Origin: a virus
Taxonomy: Duplodnaviria; Caudoviricetes
IMG/VR virus record: IMGVR_UViG_3300023174_000183
Coordinates: 1 to 59,996 of that record
DNA: 59,996 nucleotides
Strand: one strand, 5' to 3'
This document shows, one piece after another, positions 31,801 to 39,009 of this stretch. The stretch's first letter is position 1. Every line of letters begins with the position of its first letter. The translations under genes were made by a program, and so were the position numbers. The notes under the pieces are model-generated. The model ran no database searches. It was not told the origin of the DNA and worked only from the letters and a program-made list of their open reading frames with translations.

Positions 31801-33015
31801 AAAGTATAAGGTGTCTTGAAGATTACTCAACAACGGAACTCTTCTAAGAATACCGTCGGAATCCAGATAAAATTCCTGGTTGGCATCGACGATGCCGGAT
31901 TTCACAAAAACTTTCTGATTTTGGGCGAGTGATAAAATCGGAGCCAATCTGATGATGGGATCATCAACAACATCTGAATCAGAATAAACTATCTGCCAGA
32001 CCCCGGAACGTTGTGCCGCCGGCACAATAACACCCTGATCATATCCCTCCTGATTGTAAGTTTGATCATCATAAATCCCTCGGGCAGTCCATGCCTCTTC
32101 CCCGCGGCTAGTCAACTGATCCTGATCAGCAAACACCAGAGTTCTGCTTCCCAGCTGCCGGGCTATTGGCAAATATTCTGGAAATTTCTTTAAGAAAACA
32201 CTCAATCTCTGATTATGCAAATCCGTATATGCTATTGATAGAGCGTAGTCTACATTGTAGACAGTCTGCATCTCGGCAAAACGTTCTTGTGTGTCATCTT
32301 GCGGCACTTGAAATGTTATAATGCCCCGATCTGCGCCATTATTTTCTACTCCCAGTACGTCACGTGAACTTACGCCTGGTCTGGAATTGATCTCACCATC
32401 TATCCCCAACTCTGTTTGTATCCAGAAAGGCGATCCTGGCTGATCCACAGTGAATGTATACGTACCGCCTCGAGCCACTGTGATGTTATTATTGACGACA
32501 TTGTTGTCATAAAAATCATATCTATCGTTGGCCACATTTCGAACAACTCGGAAGTTCTTGACCAAATCAATGCCGGTAGCAGTGACAGTAACAGCATCAG
32601 GGCCATCAGGCAACCAGTAATACTGACTGAAATTCACAAATGCATCATAACTTATGCCTGGATCAAAACTGTAATATTCTTGTTCAAACAACCGACTTTG
32701 GTTGTCGACAAATCCACCATAGTATTTTATTTTGTTTAAAAAATCATCGTAGCTGGCGAAAAAATTTATCTGTCCGATGTCGTTCTTAATCACTAAGCTG
32801 GGTTCAAGTTGATAGTCTTGCCTAACAGCAGAAGATTCTACTACATAACTATCTCCGGCTTTATAAGTGGGCGCAAATTTTCTGCCTATGTAACCATTAA
32901 TTTTGGTAAGTTGGGGTTCAGATATCAGCTGATCCACAGTTGCAGACAAAAATTTCTGATTTGTGTCAGTCTGAAATACACCTGGTAATAGATTTAAACT
33001 TTTTCTTGCGGCCAT
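19849..33015 (-). CDS. Giant (4388 aa) baseplate/virion structural protein with FG-GAP propeller
   Basis: Uninterrupted ORF following gp6; FG...VGAP repeats; GxGY..P.V repeats as in T4-like gp7/VrlC-type wedge proteins; W-x4-Y-x2-G-[DE] motifs. Confidence 0.8.
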   Translation of the reverse strand: MAARKSLNLLPGVFQTDTNQKFLSATVDQLISEPQLTKINGYIGRKFAPTYKAGDSYVVESSAVRQDYQLEPSLVIKNDIGQINFFASYDDFLNKIKYYGGFVDNQSRLFEQEYYSFDPGISYDAFVNFSQYYWLPDGPDAVTVTATGIDLVKNFRVVRNVANDRYDFYDNNVVNNNITVARGGTYTFTVDQPGSPFWIQTELGIDGEINSRPGVSSRDVLGVENNGADRGIITFQVPQDDTQERFAEMQTVYNVDYALSIAYTDLHNQRLSVFLKKFPEYLPIARQLGSRTLVFADQDQLTSRGEEAWTARGIYDDQTYNQEGYDQGVIVPAAQRSGVWQIVYSDSDVVDDPIIRLAPILSLAQNQKVFVKSGIVDANQEFYLDSDGILRRVPLLSNLQDTLYFQDGSSKSIYGFLKIVNPANDVIDVEKEILNQKTYTSPNGVRFTNGLKVRFGAGIMPVNYQNQEYYVERVGHGIKLVAVDLLVRPEAYNDEIALNYSDKVSPEYITINRDSVDLNAWSRNNRWFHQEVIIKTAAYNNRQPVFDQNARAQRPIVQFDSNFQLFNNGRVGKRPIDILDTTTRDPFNEFDGQTIATAFGIPLTNGIRLLFSAAEDPLVRNKIYVINLIQYDLDELGNPIGDFRINLTAAEDSTAEVWDTVTVTQGQYRGSSWWFNGEHWVHAQQKTQLQQAPLFDVLDSQGKSLGSYYRSTFKGTQLFGYVRNSAGVVDTVLGFALKYRNFGTQGDIEFENYYDTDVFEFVENQISQKDLRISEHGFLSEISDRYTTNLRNNWRTVVESSKQYQILTYTYNGIKNSFVLDIQAADAVSIPYIKVYKNNVFLPVSDYRISGKELTVNAVMAVNDKIDVLIYSKAPSKIGHYEVPSNLNLNAQNIDLDQMTLGQIRNHLVALSQNSTNLVGNVLSTNNLRDIDINSQGGTILQHSAPVTYAMMFLMDKTSNFIDALQFAQVEYSRFKNKFLESASTLSGIESMTPEAGVDAIMVNLTNIKNISFPWYYSDMVPYGTLKRVVNGKGYTVFDPLVRSYEINGVFNDQILSNRAVLIYLKKYNQNNFVQLINRLDYTFDQTRPAVTIESRVELDIDDIIKIVEYDNTDGNYIPETPTKLGLYPRYVPEIFLDDTYREPINVIRGHDGSIIPTFGDYRDNLILELEKRIYNNIKLPETNINSDILSLVPGKFRLSDYTLGEVTQLISKSFLTWVGNNRLDFSTNQTFASNDSFTWNYSGSQDRLDGEYMPGNWRACYQYYYDTQRPHLTPWEMLGFTSMPDWWQDYYGPAPYTGANRVLWDDLEAGRIRQGFRSLIDQGLGSGIDPTFARPGLSQVIPVNEHGILLSPAQILAKATHPKSAASAWKVGDFGPVEWAWRSSSDYPFAVQRAMALGKPARYFSLLIDTYGYKSDSKIDQYLTVNNNHLRQTDVKFNGDIKQYQVIRSAGYINWIIDYLKNQGLDPVSKLSEILRNYQVNLAYKMSGFTDKKYIKILAEQSSPSSTNDSVMIPDENYLIHLHKSTPVQKITYSAVIVQKTTNGYSVKGYNLNNPFFTIIPSVTNSRNIQLRVLNETAIIFKDYQRTKLTVPYGYEFKNAQQVVDFLISYERYLLAQGFTFNGRDSDLGEVRDWKLSAREFLFWSQQGWGAGSILVLSPVVNQLTLVTNNAVVDEITNSQVASRILDQNFKLVKNNKYNIIRTATDFQITLAAADSMVGFAELDLVQYEHTLIFDNLTVFNDIIYKPELGNRQYRLKLIGKKTANWDGSLHAPGFVYSSSDIQVWQPGRDYQRGELVQYKSQFWVALEFVIANDDFSWSKWKQIEQAQIKAGLLPNLSTMAVRSQTYYDDYGPFQDSEQLKYSHGLIGYKPRQYLTDLGLSDTTQIELYKGYIKQKGTENAVNQLTKSKFNNINSNINYYEEWAVRVGEYGALNMNPYVEIALDEAEYGVNPALASFVGNEDGQLGNGVNVFNKSQLYGSSGEFNGNIALNRTQESDISNDIPTAGYVNIEDVNATLFDLSDFSTVDSDIDQIGSGYTIWCARDFAGEWNVYRVTETNNHVIEIANGLDNYVMFTTQAPHGLQIKDVFLVKGLTPAFDGVYEVLGTPGMDQIIALYQGNPADYQNLTTVGGFAMLLRLDSMRFKYMEDARIYGLNNPLHGWKVGDKIWIDADAATTTANGQSHNTVSGTWKVYEKTKPWHLQQQLSKASGEYVTDDGFGTSIKLNSDGLYAVVGSPGSLGTGTVSVFNKDYSGIMVEGEQLTPATVAETAEYGATVSLAVEYLAVGAPGSASDTGRVFVYQRPVGTSTFNLIQVLPGNANTHGRFGSSLAYDDVGNWLYVGAPAEDSVYVYGLNSRLEERQQTVFVTSPTNIITVTFTPDVPGVAESLLITKFNRVFLPNVDYTVQGRIITFSTNLSAGEYSIKQHAYYELVTKLQGPAGSEFGYDISASLDGAQLAVGAPNDTVAVNDRAIIGAGAVYVYDRSIEAFNTIADATDTNGKTYQTLDNIGRIHRVTINNNEVSDYAIVGNNNLRFNTVPQVGQVIYVETNQFKLLEKLIGIDSLEGGLSAIQENCRFGTSLTICSNNCAIYVGAPNYDTGTEYNTGAVWKFHNRGRLYGTNIGSVKDPVFTPGDTIRLDNFEVTVTGTTLDSLIQDINSANILGVTAINENGYLRLNSDRTVAKNLLRILSGENNTGNASGVNNVYAAAGMSIFAFMQIIVTPYKNSNENFGKKVVLARNAYMLVIASDGGTTRHYTTLDQGLTYLDDRSTGIFDSVPKSGSVYVYELYDDPRNAVEHPGRYAFAQQLDTGDLKTGDRFGAAIDVMGRQIVVTAPASDEVKTDAGAVYMFSNPTGQRGWNLIRYQEPKLDVSSVNRLYLYNNISNTILTNLEFIDPAKGKILGLADQEITFKTPYDPAYYNRGTVERSGIDRNLYWGPNQIGQVWWDLTNIRYLDYEQGDLIYRSANWGRLFPGSTVEVLEWVESDVVPSQYSGDGMAKYADDSAYVEVMTADPITNIITSKYYYWVINKSELNSDLHGRRLPLVAIQNLIENPRGQDIAYAALIKNNAVIFYNLGKYLTARNTILHVDYELKLNDSLIHSEYDLLQVGNVNSQIPKKIVNRLIDSLSGISSTGANVPDPTLPPANRYGISVRPRQTMFVNRLQAMADLVDFANSIFITKPISRQYDLRQLMSEEPIPDVKYLEYDQIVDTRIELDYIDTIKTPVGYKVLVKTDTDQDGLWVIYQLQANKFWQVRRVQSYKTELYWEFIDWYAEGYNITDKIEYVVETLVDALALPARPGDEILIRVNQGINNVRGWNLISVTATGEYQVVGIENGTIRFKPSLHNLTDNEMGFDNQGFESIRFDQNPNIETRQILTALRDDIFVNELKAEFNNMFFVMINYLMSEQKYVDWIFKTSFISVAHKLRDLNQYPNYVKDNQTYYLDYINEIKPYATKVREYLIKYSGNDSYDGNVTDFDLPPYYDRELSQWRSPDGEYIEKDRQLWATGYLSDGTLINSEYPQWYQHRHHQIIDIKIEDPGQGYKSEPTVSIVGGGGNVILAKARAKIDFDLGTVIAIELVDGGSGYAYTPAVIINGGCDKPARAYAVLKNRQVRSFDSTLKFDRINYTSVVKEWTANTVYAAGDIITRAVVDGGSRVRTAYRVQTDFVTGTQFDPTNLTVCPADYFTNANDRIIAYYEPTKDTPGRYLPRLMSGIDYPGVKVSGLSFDQQPGFDGLLDGEPFDAVEYDEDGNPILSRSAVDAIVRSNYQDAQLGVRPEDIDVDGGAYVDTYSSHAPEELVPGIVFDTLNIKVYTKVFLGTTLLGYRLFIDMLGNPHYTRIASAYSTRLTQDLRLEDQRMHVADATVLSRPDPSTATPGVVFINGERITYYRNYATEVRPWVSNVSYKSDTVLNYGNVVTFSGPVTANIGDTIYQPESGANVKVVANVISSQEVPTQYILTRGHAGNPIVAGAGNIQIIPSGQLNATNLSVYPTSVRTGYYRSLIDLPAAANLDFTQVEAIENINILSQLRRGTLGTGAALVQNAGLAVLDAGVNQNIPNVRITSTTISGNVTYHSTSTPPYNLLLSDNIVPGVGSHITQNSSGANVTVTSVNASVSDTIQLSGEVSVLPGDYITQPSTGANAQVRNSAVNKIYLDIVYVAGQFSVGNALFINNQPLGVYLTASKRQGTSLVTVVYNTPTQFDFSDAAITLSGNVTVNSDDLITQPASGAELRVSRAAINSDQIYVVYKNVNAVTVGQGNIWINGVQSSVYPINNTYNTTISNEIRVDGISQPLVCPIATNLIGKTDANGNVTLRDGTKIVQENIWYSAGIDSATNGQGFDLEDSEQVRFLKSSTAELLTSFELATDEDVVNILITEDGRTLSAEFGGNR

Positions 33016-33028
33016 GGTTAACTCGTTT

Positions 33029-36000
33029 TTAAATTATTGTAGTTTGATTGATCTGTGCTGCAGTGATTGCGCTGATAATTTGCACATTGTCCACAGTGGC
33101 GGCACTGATGATAACTTCATTATATTCGGCATTTATCTGCAGCAGACTACCAAATACTGTGTTCTTGCTGGTGGGCACTATGATCACACTGGCGATGTTA
33201 GGCGCCAACTTCTGATGCAAAAAAGCATTAAGCTCACTGAAATAGAAGGTTTCACCAAAATCCCAGTTGGCCAAATCAAAGTAATCATTGATGGCGGCCA
33301 CCACAGCAGTTTTGACATCGTTATCGCTGACCACCACATTGGGATTTTTAACCACTTTGAACATGGCCTGAAGATTTGGCTCGGCCTTGGCGCCAAATAT
33401 GGGTTTGAACTTGACAGGATTATAAATCAGCGTGTCTGATATGGTCTTGTAGTTTTCCAACTGGCTAAATTCCAACTTCAATTCTTCTGATGTGGGCGCC
33501 TTGGGTTTGATAACTTTGTTAGACGTGTCACGTACCCATGCAGAATAATCATTGGCATATTGTTTGGGCAAAATATACAAATCAATGATGTTGTTGGGAC
33601 TGGGGTCAATTCTTCGATTGTTGGGACTGTTGTGTCGATATTGGAAATATAAATCTTGTCTGCCGGTTTGGGCTTGATACCCTTTCAAATCATTTATGCG
33701 ATAGTTTGACCCCAAGACAGACAATTGATAAAATTTATCTGTCTTGGGTATATAGAAAATCTGACCATCCTGATACAATGTGATGGATTTTTGCAAATCA
33801 TAATATGATTCCGCATCTGTTGACACCAGGGCCCGATCCACCAATTGCAGCTTGGTAAAATTGTCGTCGCTGGTAACTTGTTTGAAGTATATAAGTTTAT
33901 TGTTGGTATTGATGTCAGGATTTACCAATTGTTCGAACATTTCAGGATTATCGGGCACACCATCCGAATCGCTATCAGGAAAGGTCACCAGGATCTTATG
34001 TGTGTTTTCATACCCGTCAACTTCCACAATATTTTTATGAACAAACCAAGTGTAGTCTGACAACAGTGGTGCAGAACTATCAGATTCTGAATTGATTCTC
34101 AGAATCTTTATCTGATCATTGATTGTGAATCCAGTCTTGGGATCGTAAATTTTTGTGCTGCCATCAAAATAAAATCCAGTTTCTTGCACACTCTCAAAAA
34201 CGTAATCCAGACCGCGATAACTCACAGTGTAGATCTGCCCTTGTGCCGTGAATTGTATTAGCCAGCTGGAATCCATCTGACGTCCACTGGTGTCGCCGGC
34301 ATACGCCAAATTAAATCCGGCATCAATGCTGATGTTGTCTGGCGAAATAATTTGCCATTTTGAAGATTCCACGTCATATCTAAGACCAAAATCTGAATAA
34401 TTTAAAATATAATTGGTCAATTGACTCGTTAGACTGGCATCCAACTCATTGTTAAAAACTGAAATTATATGATCAATTTTGGCCCCAGTAGGGACTATTT
34501 GATTGATGGTCACCGGTCCTTGACCGGACAATAAATTCCCTTTGCCGCCATTGGTGCCATCGCCGACGATTTGCTGAATTGCTGCATAGATATAATATTT
34601 GTCGGTGTTATTGACAGGCGTGCCAGTTTTAATATTGTTTCTAGCGTCAAAATATTTGCCTGTGCCAGCACTGAATCTAACAATGGCACCGTGACGAATA
34701 TATCTGGTGCTTTCACTGCCGCCACTGTTGCCCACTTGCAAAATTAAATCACGTTCAGCCGTATAATTAGAATCCAAATTTAGATCATTAAAGAAAAAAC
34801 CAGTGCAGCCATTGGCAATTTCGGTTGACTGTTGCCACCGAACACCGTCGATGCTGAATTTTTTATAGAATGCGTAAAAAAATTGTTGTGTTTCTTTGGC
34901 ACTCACAATGGGAGCAATCTTGTTATTGATCACCCGATATATGTCATTTTTGGTAGCAAAATCGAAACTGAAAGATTTAACAAAGGAATCTCGATACAGG
35001 ATGCCATCCTGTGCAAAAATATTGGTGCTGCTGTATTTGCCGGTGGTGTCAATGACATCCAGGTAACGACTGATACCGCTACTGGTACGGTTTATGGCCT
35101 TGACTTTGAGTATGTTGCTGAACAGGGTGTAAGGCAGAATGTTGTAGTCTTCACCAGTGACCATGCGGTCCTGTGTGTAATATTGTTGTGGAGCCTTCTG
35201 ACGAATTTCATCCAGGGTCTCACGTGGGCTGCTGTTGGCCACTGTGTATTGCAGGCTGGCTCTGATGTTGATGGTTTCGGGCCGATTGTTTCGACTCATG
35301 TAGGTGATGGGAATGATCACCGCAGACATTTCATCAGGAGTGATCTTATACTGCAGACCGTTGCTGACACGATAGTAGATTCTGAATCGCCCCTGTGGGA
35401 TATTGGCAAATGCGCCGTCACCAAATATCAGATCAATTTGATCGTTGCTGCGACTACTGATCTGATAGATGTTTTTGTTGGTGCTCTTGTTGTAAATGAC
35501 ATTGGTGTTGCCGACTGAGGCCACAGGTGTCCACAATGTGTCTACTGCACCATAGGAATTTACACTGTATACCCAAACATCGGTATTGTTGATGTTATTG
35601 GTATTGATGCCATAGACTCGGTTGGGTATGCTGTCTTGGAAATTCACATCCAAACTCTGAAGTTCGCCCTGTTTGAAGTACAAAAAGAATCCTGTGTTGG
35701 CACTGCTGTTGCCCAGATTGTCATTTCGGTACAACAGATTAAACAGTCCATTAGGCCGAGGACTGTCTTCATAAATGTAAGGCCGACCCAGACTGGTGGG
35801 ACTCACTGCTTCAAATGACATGGCACTGCCTTCTATGCTGGATTTGAAAGCATATGTGGGCAGTGCCAGACTGGGTATGAGATTTATCTGATACTCATCG
35901 TTTATGACACCGTTAATGGTCTGACGGTTGCTGGGTTTACTGATGACCTGATTGCTGGCCAATGCTGCATTAATCACAGTGGTCATCTGTTCCAACCAAT

Positions 36001-36451
36001 TGTCGTTGCCAGTATCGGCCCAGCTGATGGCCAGTCCTGACAAATTAATGCCATTGCTGTCATACACCACCTCAGTAGTACTGACGCTTTCAACTTTTAA
36101 AAATCCACTGGCAGGAATGTTTCTTTTGGGCGTGTAACTAATGAGTCTGGCCAGTTTCAACACACTGTCACGACGTTGTGCAGTGTCGATATAATTCTCT
36201 CGGGCATTCAGATCGGCACGGAATGCCAGACTCTGCCCCAGGAATGCGATCAGGTCCAGTAAGGCGACAAATTCACTGCTTTCGATAAAGTCATTGAAGT
36301 CTTCGGGATAGTACAGACGCAAGTATTCCACCATGCTCTTGCGCAGAGTTTCATAATCGTAACTTTGGAAATCCGCATTTCTGAATGTTTGATATAACTT
36401 GGTCCAATCTTCTGCTACTAAAAGACCAGACTGCCGAGTGGTAATGGCCAT
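33029..36451 (-). CDS. gp6: Baseplate wedge subunit (T4 gp6-like)
   Basis: DYETLRKSMVEYL...FNDFIESS...ARENYIDTAQRRDSVLKLARLISYTP; LIFGDG; QDRMVTGEDY. Confidence 0.88.
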   Translation of the reverse strand: MAITTRQSGLLVAEDWTKLYQTFRNADFQSYDYETLRKSMVEYLRLYYPEDFNDFIESSEFVALLDLIAFLGQSLAFRADLNARENYIDTAQRRDSVLKLARLISYTPKRNIPASGFLKVESVSTTEVVYDSNGINLSGLAISWADTGNDNWLEQMTTVINAALASNQVISKPSNRQTINGVINDEYQINLIPSLALPTYAFKSSIEGSAMSFEAVSPTSLGRPYIYEDSPRPNGLFNLLYRNDNLGNSSANTGFFLYFKQGELQSLDVNFQDSIPNRVYGINTNNINNTDVWVYSVNSYGAVDTLWTPVASVGNTNVIYNKSTNKNIYQISSRSNDQIDLIFGDGAFANIPQGRFRIYYRVSNGLQYKITPDEMSAVIIPITYMSRNNRPETINIRASLQYTVANSSPRETLDEIRQKAPQQYYTQDRMVTGEDYNILPYTLFSNILKVKAINRTSSGISRYLDVIDTTGKYSSTNIFAQDGILYRDSFVKSFSFDFATKNDIYRVINNKIAPIVSAKETQQFFYAFYKKFSIDGVRWQQSTEIANGCTGFFFNDLNLDSNYTAERDLILQVGNSGGSESTRYIRHGAIVRFSAGTGKYFDARNNIKTGTPVNNTDKYYIYAAIQQIVGDGTNGGKGNLLSGQGPVTINQIVPTGAKIDHIISVFNNELDASLTSQLTNYILNYSDFGLRYDVESSKWQIISPDNISIDAGFNLAYAGDTSGRQMDSSWLIQFTAQGQIYTVSYRGLDYVFESVQETGFYFDGSTKIYDPKTGFTINDQIKILRINSESDSSAPLLSDYTWFVHKNIVEVDGYENTHKILVTFPDSDSDGVPDNPEMFEQLVNPDINTNNKLIYFKQVTSDDNFTKLQLVDRALVSTDAESYYDLQKSITLYQDGQIFYIPKTDKFYQLSVLGSNYRINDLKGYQAQTGRQDLYFQYRHNSPNNRRIDPSPNNIIDLYILPKQYANDYSAWVRDTSNKVIKPKAPTSEELKLEFSQLENYKTISDTLIYNPVKFKPIFGAKAEPNLQAMFKVVKNPNVVVSDNDVKTAVVAAINDYFDLANWDFGETFYFSELNAFLHQKLAPNIASVIIVPTSKNTVFGSLLQINAEYNEVIISAATVDNVQIISAITAAQINQTTII

Positions 36452-36471
36452 GTATTATTCCTGATATTATA

Positions 36472-36478
36472 TATTTAT
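36472..36478 (-). promoter_or_regulatory. Late promoter ATAAATA
   Basis: Intergenic, followed by a CAGGA RBS and ATG 36451. Confidence 0.6.
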
Positions 36479-36502
36479 TATTAGGAAAATGTGCGTTGTT
36501 TA

Positions 36503-36880
36503 TTAACGGGCAGTCAATATATTGGATTGGTTGTCAAATCGGAGATTCAGCAGACTGCTCTGATTGGTCTGAACGTACCTAAGTTCCAGATCTATCTGCA
36601 GGCCCTGATCATATTCGGTAATCATGACTCGATCCACTGACACACGAGGATCAGAACTCACAATGTTTTTGACATCTTCGGCGATGACATTTTTGAGACT
36701 GTCTGTCAGTGGCTCATGCAACACGTTCCAGATAATGGTTCCAAAGCTGGGATTCATAAGTTTTTCACCTTTACGAATGTAAAAGTGATTGATCAGATCC
36801 TGCCGCACCAGTTCAAAATCTGTCAGTCGAAATTTTTTCTTTCGACCCACTGTACTGAATCCACGATACATTATAGCCAT
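36503..36880 (-). CDS. gp25: Baseplate wedge protein gp25-like (GPW/gp25)
   Basis: DLINHFYIRKGEKLMNPSFGTIIWNVLHEP...DPRV; size and position upstream of gp6. Confidence 0.9.
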   Translation of the reverse strand: MAIMYRGFSTVGRKKKFRLTDFELVRQDLINHFYIRKGEKLMNPSFGTIIWNVLHEPLTDSLKNVIAEDVKNIVSSDPRVSVDRVMITEYDQGLQIDLELRYVQTNQSSLLNLRFDNQSNILTAR

Positions 36881-36890
36881 AGTCTAGTAT

Positions 36891-38975
36891 TTAACCTTGT
36901 TTGATATCAGACACTTTTGGTGCCAATACTGCCACAGCATATTTGCCCACGCCAAAATACGTGTCGCCTGTGGTGCCATATTGGTCAGCACCCCCTTGAC
37001 CATTACGCCATTTTTTAGCGCCGCCTGCGCCCAACAAGTGACTGACTGCCAACATGCCGCCTACTTCTTCGGGTTTCATATCTTTGTCTATGGCGCCAAT
37101 CCTTACCATGGTACTGTAGTTGGCATTAGTGTATTTGCAAATTAATTGTTCTTGCAATGGGCCATTGCTCAAAAATTCTTCCAAACTTGCTGGGCCACCA
37201 TTGCCGATCCAACTATTGGGGTTTCGTAACTGTGCATTACTCTTGACCGAACTTTTAACCATTTTGAGATCTATCAGAGCTGGATATCCAAATTGGTATT
37301 TGCCCACAAATCCAATACTATTAACAGTGTCATATTTTCCGCCACTTTCTTTTTTGCCTATCTGTGCATAATATGCTGTCATCTGATCTGCATTTAGGTT
37401 GCCCACCGTGCAAGTGCAAGGCGGTTGGTTTCGCAGATCTTTTTCATTGGCAGGATTTTTTACTCCTGGAGGAACATCTTTAATGGCATCTGAGGTGCCA
37501 GTATATGCTTGTTCTGGGGTACCTCCTGAAATTGACGGCTGAGCGTTATTTTGTTCTGCCATAAAAGATGCCACCGCTGCACGATCATATGGTTCGTGTG
37601 TGGGCAAGGCAGTCGCAATGCTGTCAGTCTGTCCTGGTTTGCTGACCCACAGGCCTTTCGCACTTTCAAATGATGTGTCAGGAAACTTTGTGCTGGTCAG
37701 CGATTTTAACTGTTTGACAGATTTGGTGCCACCGGTATTTTGTTTGATGCTACTGCCCACCAAGGCCACCACTCCGCCGGCTTGCAGACCAATGGCGGCG
37801 CCACTGTCTACTCGTAAATCGCTGCCGGATTTTAATTCTATTTCGCCCAGGCTTTCCAAATTTAGCTTGCCTTGTAGCATCTCAGTGCTACCGGAGTTAA
37901 CAACAAATTTACCGCCTGCTCGAATGTTAATATTATTTTTGGCATCGATGTTGATGTTGTTGTCGCTGTGCAAGTTTATGGTGCCCTCACTGCGTATATT
38001 GACACCAGCCTTGCTGTAGATTTTCACTGAACCTTCAGCAGTCAATTCTACCCAGCTGGTGCCGTCACCGTGTGCGAGATAAACACTGTTAGCAGTGTCG
38101 TGCATCAATAATTGATGGCCATTGGCCGTACGCAGGCGTATTAATTGATCTAACCCCAACACAGTGCCGTCATCCAGAACAAATGTGTGGCCACCTTTGC
38201 GAGCGCCAACCCTATAGGTGTCCTGAGTTATTTGACCAGCATTGGCCAATTTATTGAATTTGTCTATGTCATCTGCAGGATCATTAACTGGTCTCCCGGG
38301 TGTACTAATGCCAAACACATTGCTAGGGCTCTCACGCTGACTACTGCTGCTGATGGCTCCGCGTATCTCATCACGATCTAAGCCCTGCTGACGATAGATG
38401 TTGTATTGATATTCGTGTATGGGTTTGAGATTGTTGAAGAAGGCAGGATTAGTGAGATTTTTATCAGACTCATTGAATTCCACCACTGGCATGTTGTTGC
38501 CGGCGACAAATCCTTTTTTTGATTCGGCACTGGCAGTGCCAAGATCCACATTGGTGCTGCCAGCCAACCCTGGCAACATATGATGACTCAAATACGGATT
38601 GACACAGGCTAGCCAATAGCCGCGCTGCGGATCTCCAGCAATGAAAATACAAATGACCTGCACGCCGATGTCTGGTGGCACCATCCACATGCCATAGGTA
38701 TGGTTGACACTGTCAAAATTATTGGCACTGCTAGTGCTTTGGGTGTTGCTGTATCCTTGGAAAGGACTGGCATATCTGACTGTGCGCCAATTGATTCGAT
38801 CTTTTTCATCGCCTCCCAGATCAGGAATCCAGACCTGAAGTCTGCCGCTGCGTGTGGGGTCCAGGTTGTTTTTGACCACACCAATATAGGGATAGGGATC
38901 CACTCGGGTGCCAGTGGCCTCTTCTCTGCGGAAAGCCTTGTCTACTTTGGTACCTAATCTACGGTCTACGGTCAT
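36891..38975 (-). CDS. gp5: Baseplate hub/spike protein (gp5/VgrG-like) with C-terminal lysozyme-like domain
   Basis: GVVKNNLDPTRSGRLQVWIP (OB fold), GMWMVPPDIG, GHTFVLDD, beta-helix repeats, PTHEP, then ESGGKY...GKYQFG...SHLLGAG. Confidence 0.82.
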   Translation of the reverse strand: MTVDRRLGTKVDKAFRREEATGTRVDPYPYIGVVKNNLDPTRSGRLQVWIPDLGGDEKDRINWRTVRYASPFQGYSNTQSTSSANNFDSVNHTYGMWMVPPDIGVQVICIFIAGDPQRGYWLACVNPYLSHHMLPGLAGSTNVDLGTASAESKKGFVAGNNMPVVEFNESDKNLTNPAFFNNLKPIHEYQYNIYRQQGLDRDEIRGAISSSSQRESPSNVFGISTPGRPVNDPADDIDKFNKLANAGQITQDTYRVGARKGGHTFVLDDGTVLGLDQLIRLRTANGHQLLMHDTANSVYLAHGDGTSWVELTAEGSVKIYSKAGVNIRSEGTINLHSDNNINIDAKNNINIRAGGKFVVNSGSTEMLQGKLNLESLGEIELKSGSDLRVDSGAAIGLQAGGVVALVGSSIKQNTGGTKSVKQLKSLTSTKFPDTSFESAKGLWVSKPGQTDSIATALPTHEPYDRAAVASFMAEQNNAQPSISGGTPEQAYTGTSDAIKDVPPGVKNPANEKDLRNQPPCTCTVGNLNADQMTAYYAQIGKKESGGKYDTVNSIGFVGKYQFGYPALIDLKMVKSSVKSNAQLRNPNSWIGNGGPASLEEFLSNGPLQEQLICKYTNANYSTMVRIGAIDKDMKPEEVGGMLAVSHLLGAGGAKKWRNGQGGADQYGTTGDTYFGVGKYAVAVLAPKVSDIKQG

Positions 38976-39009
38976 GTTGTATTACCTATCTTTAAAATTT
39001 AAAATTGAC

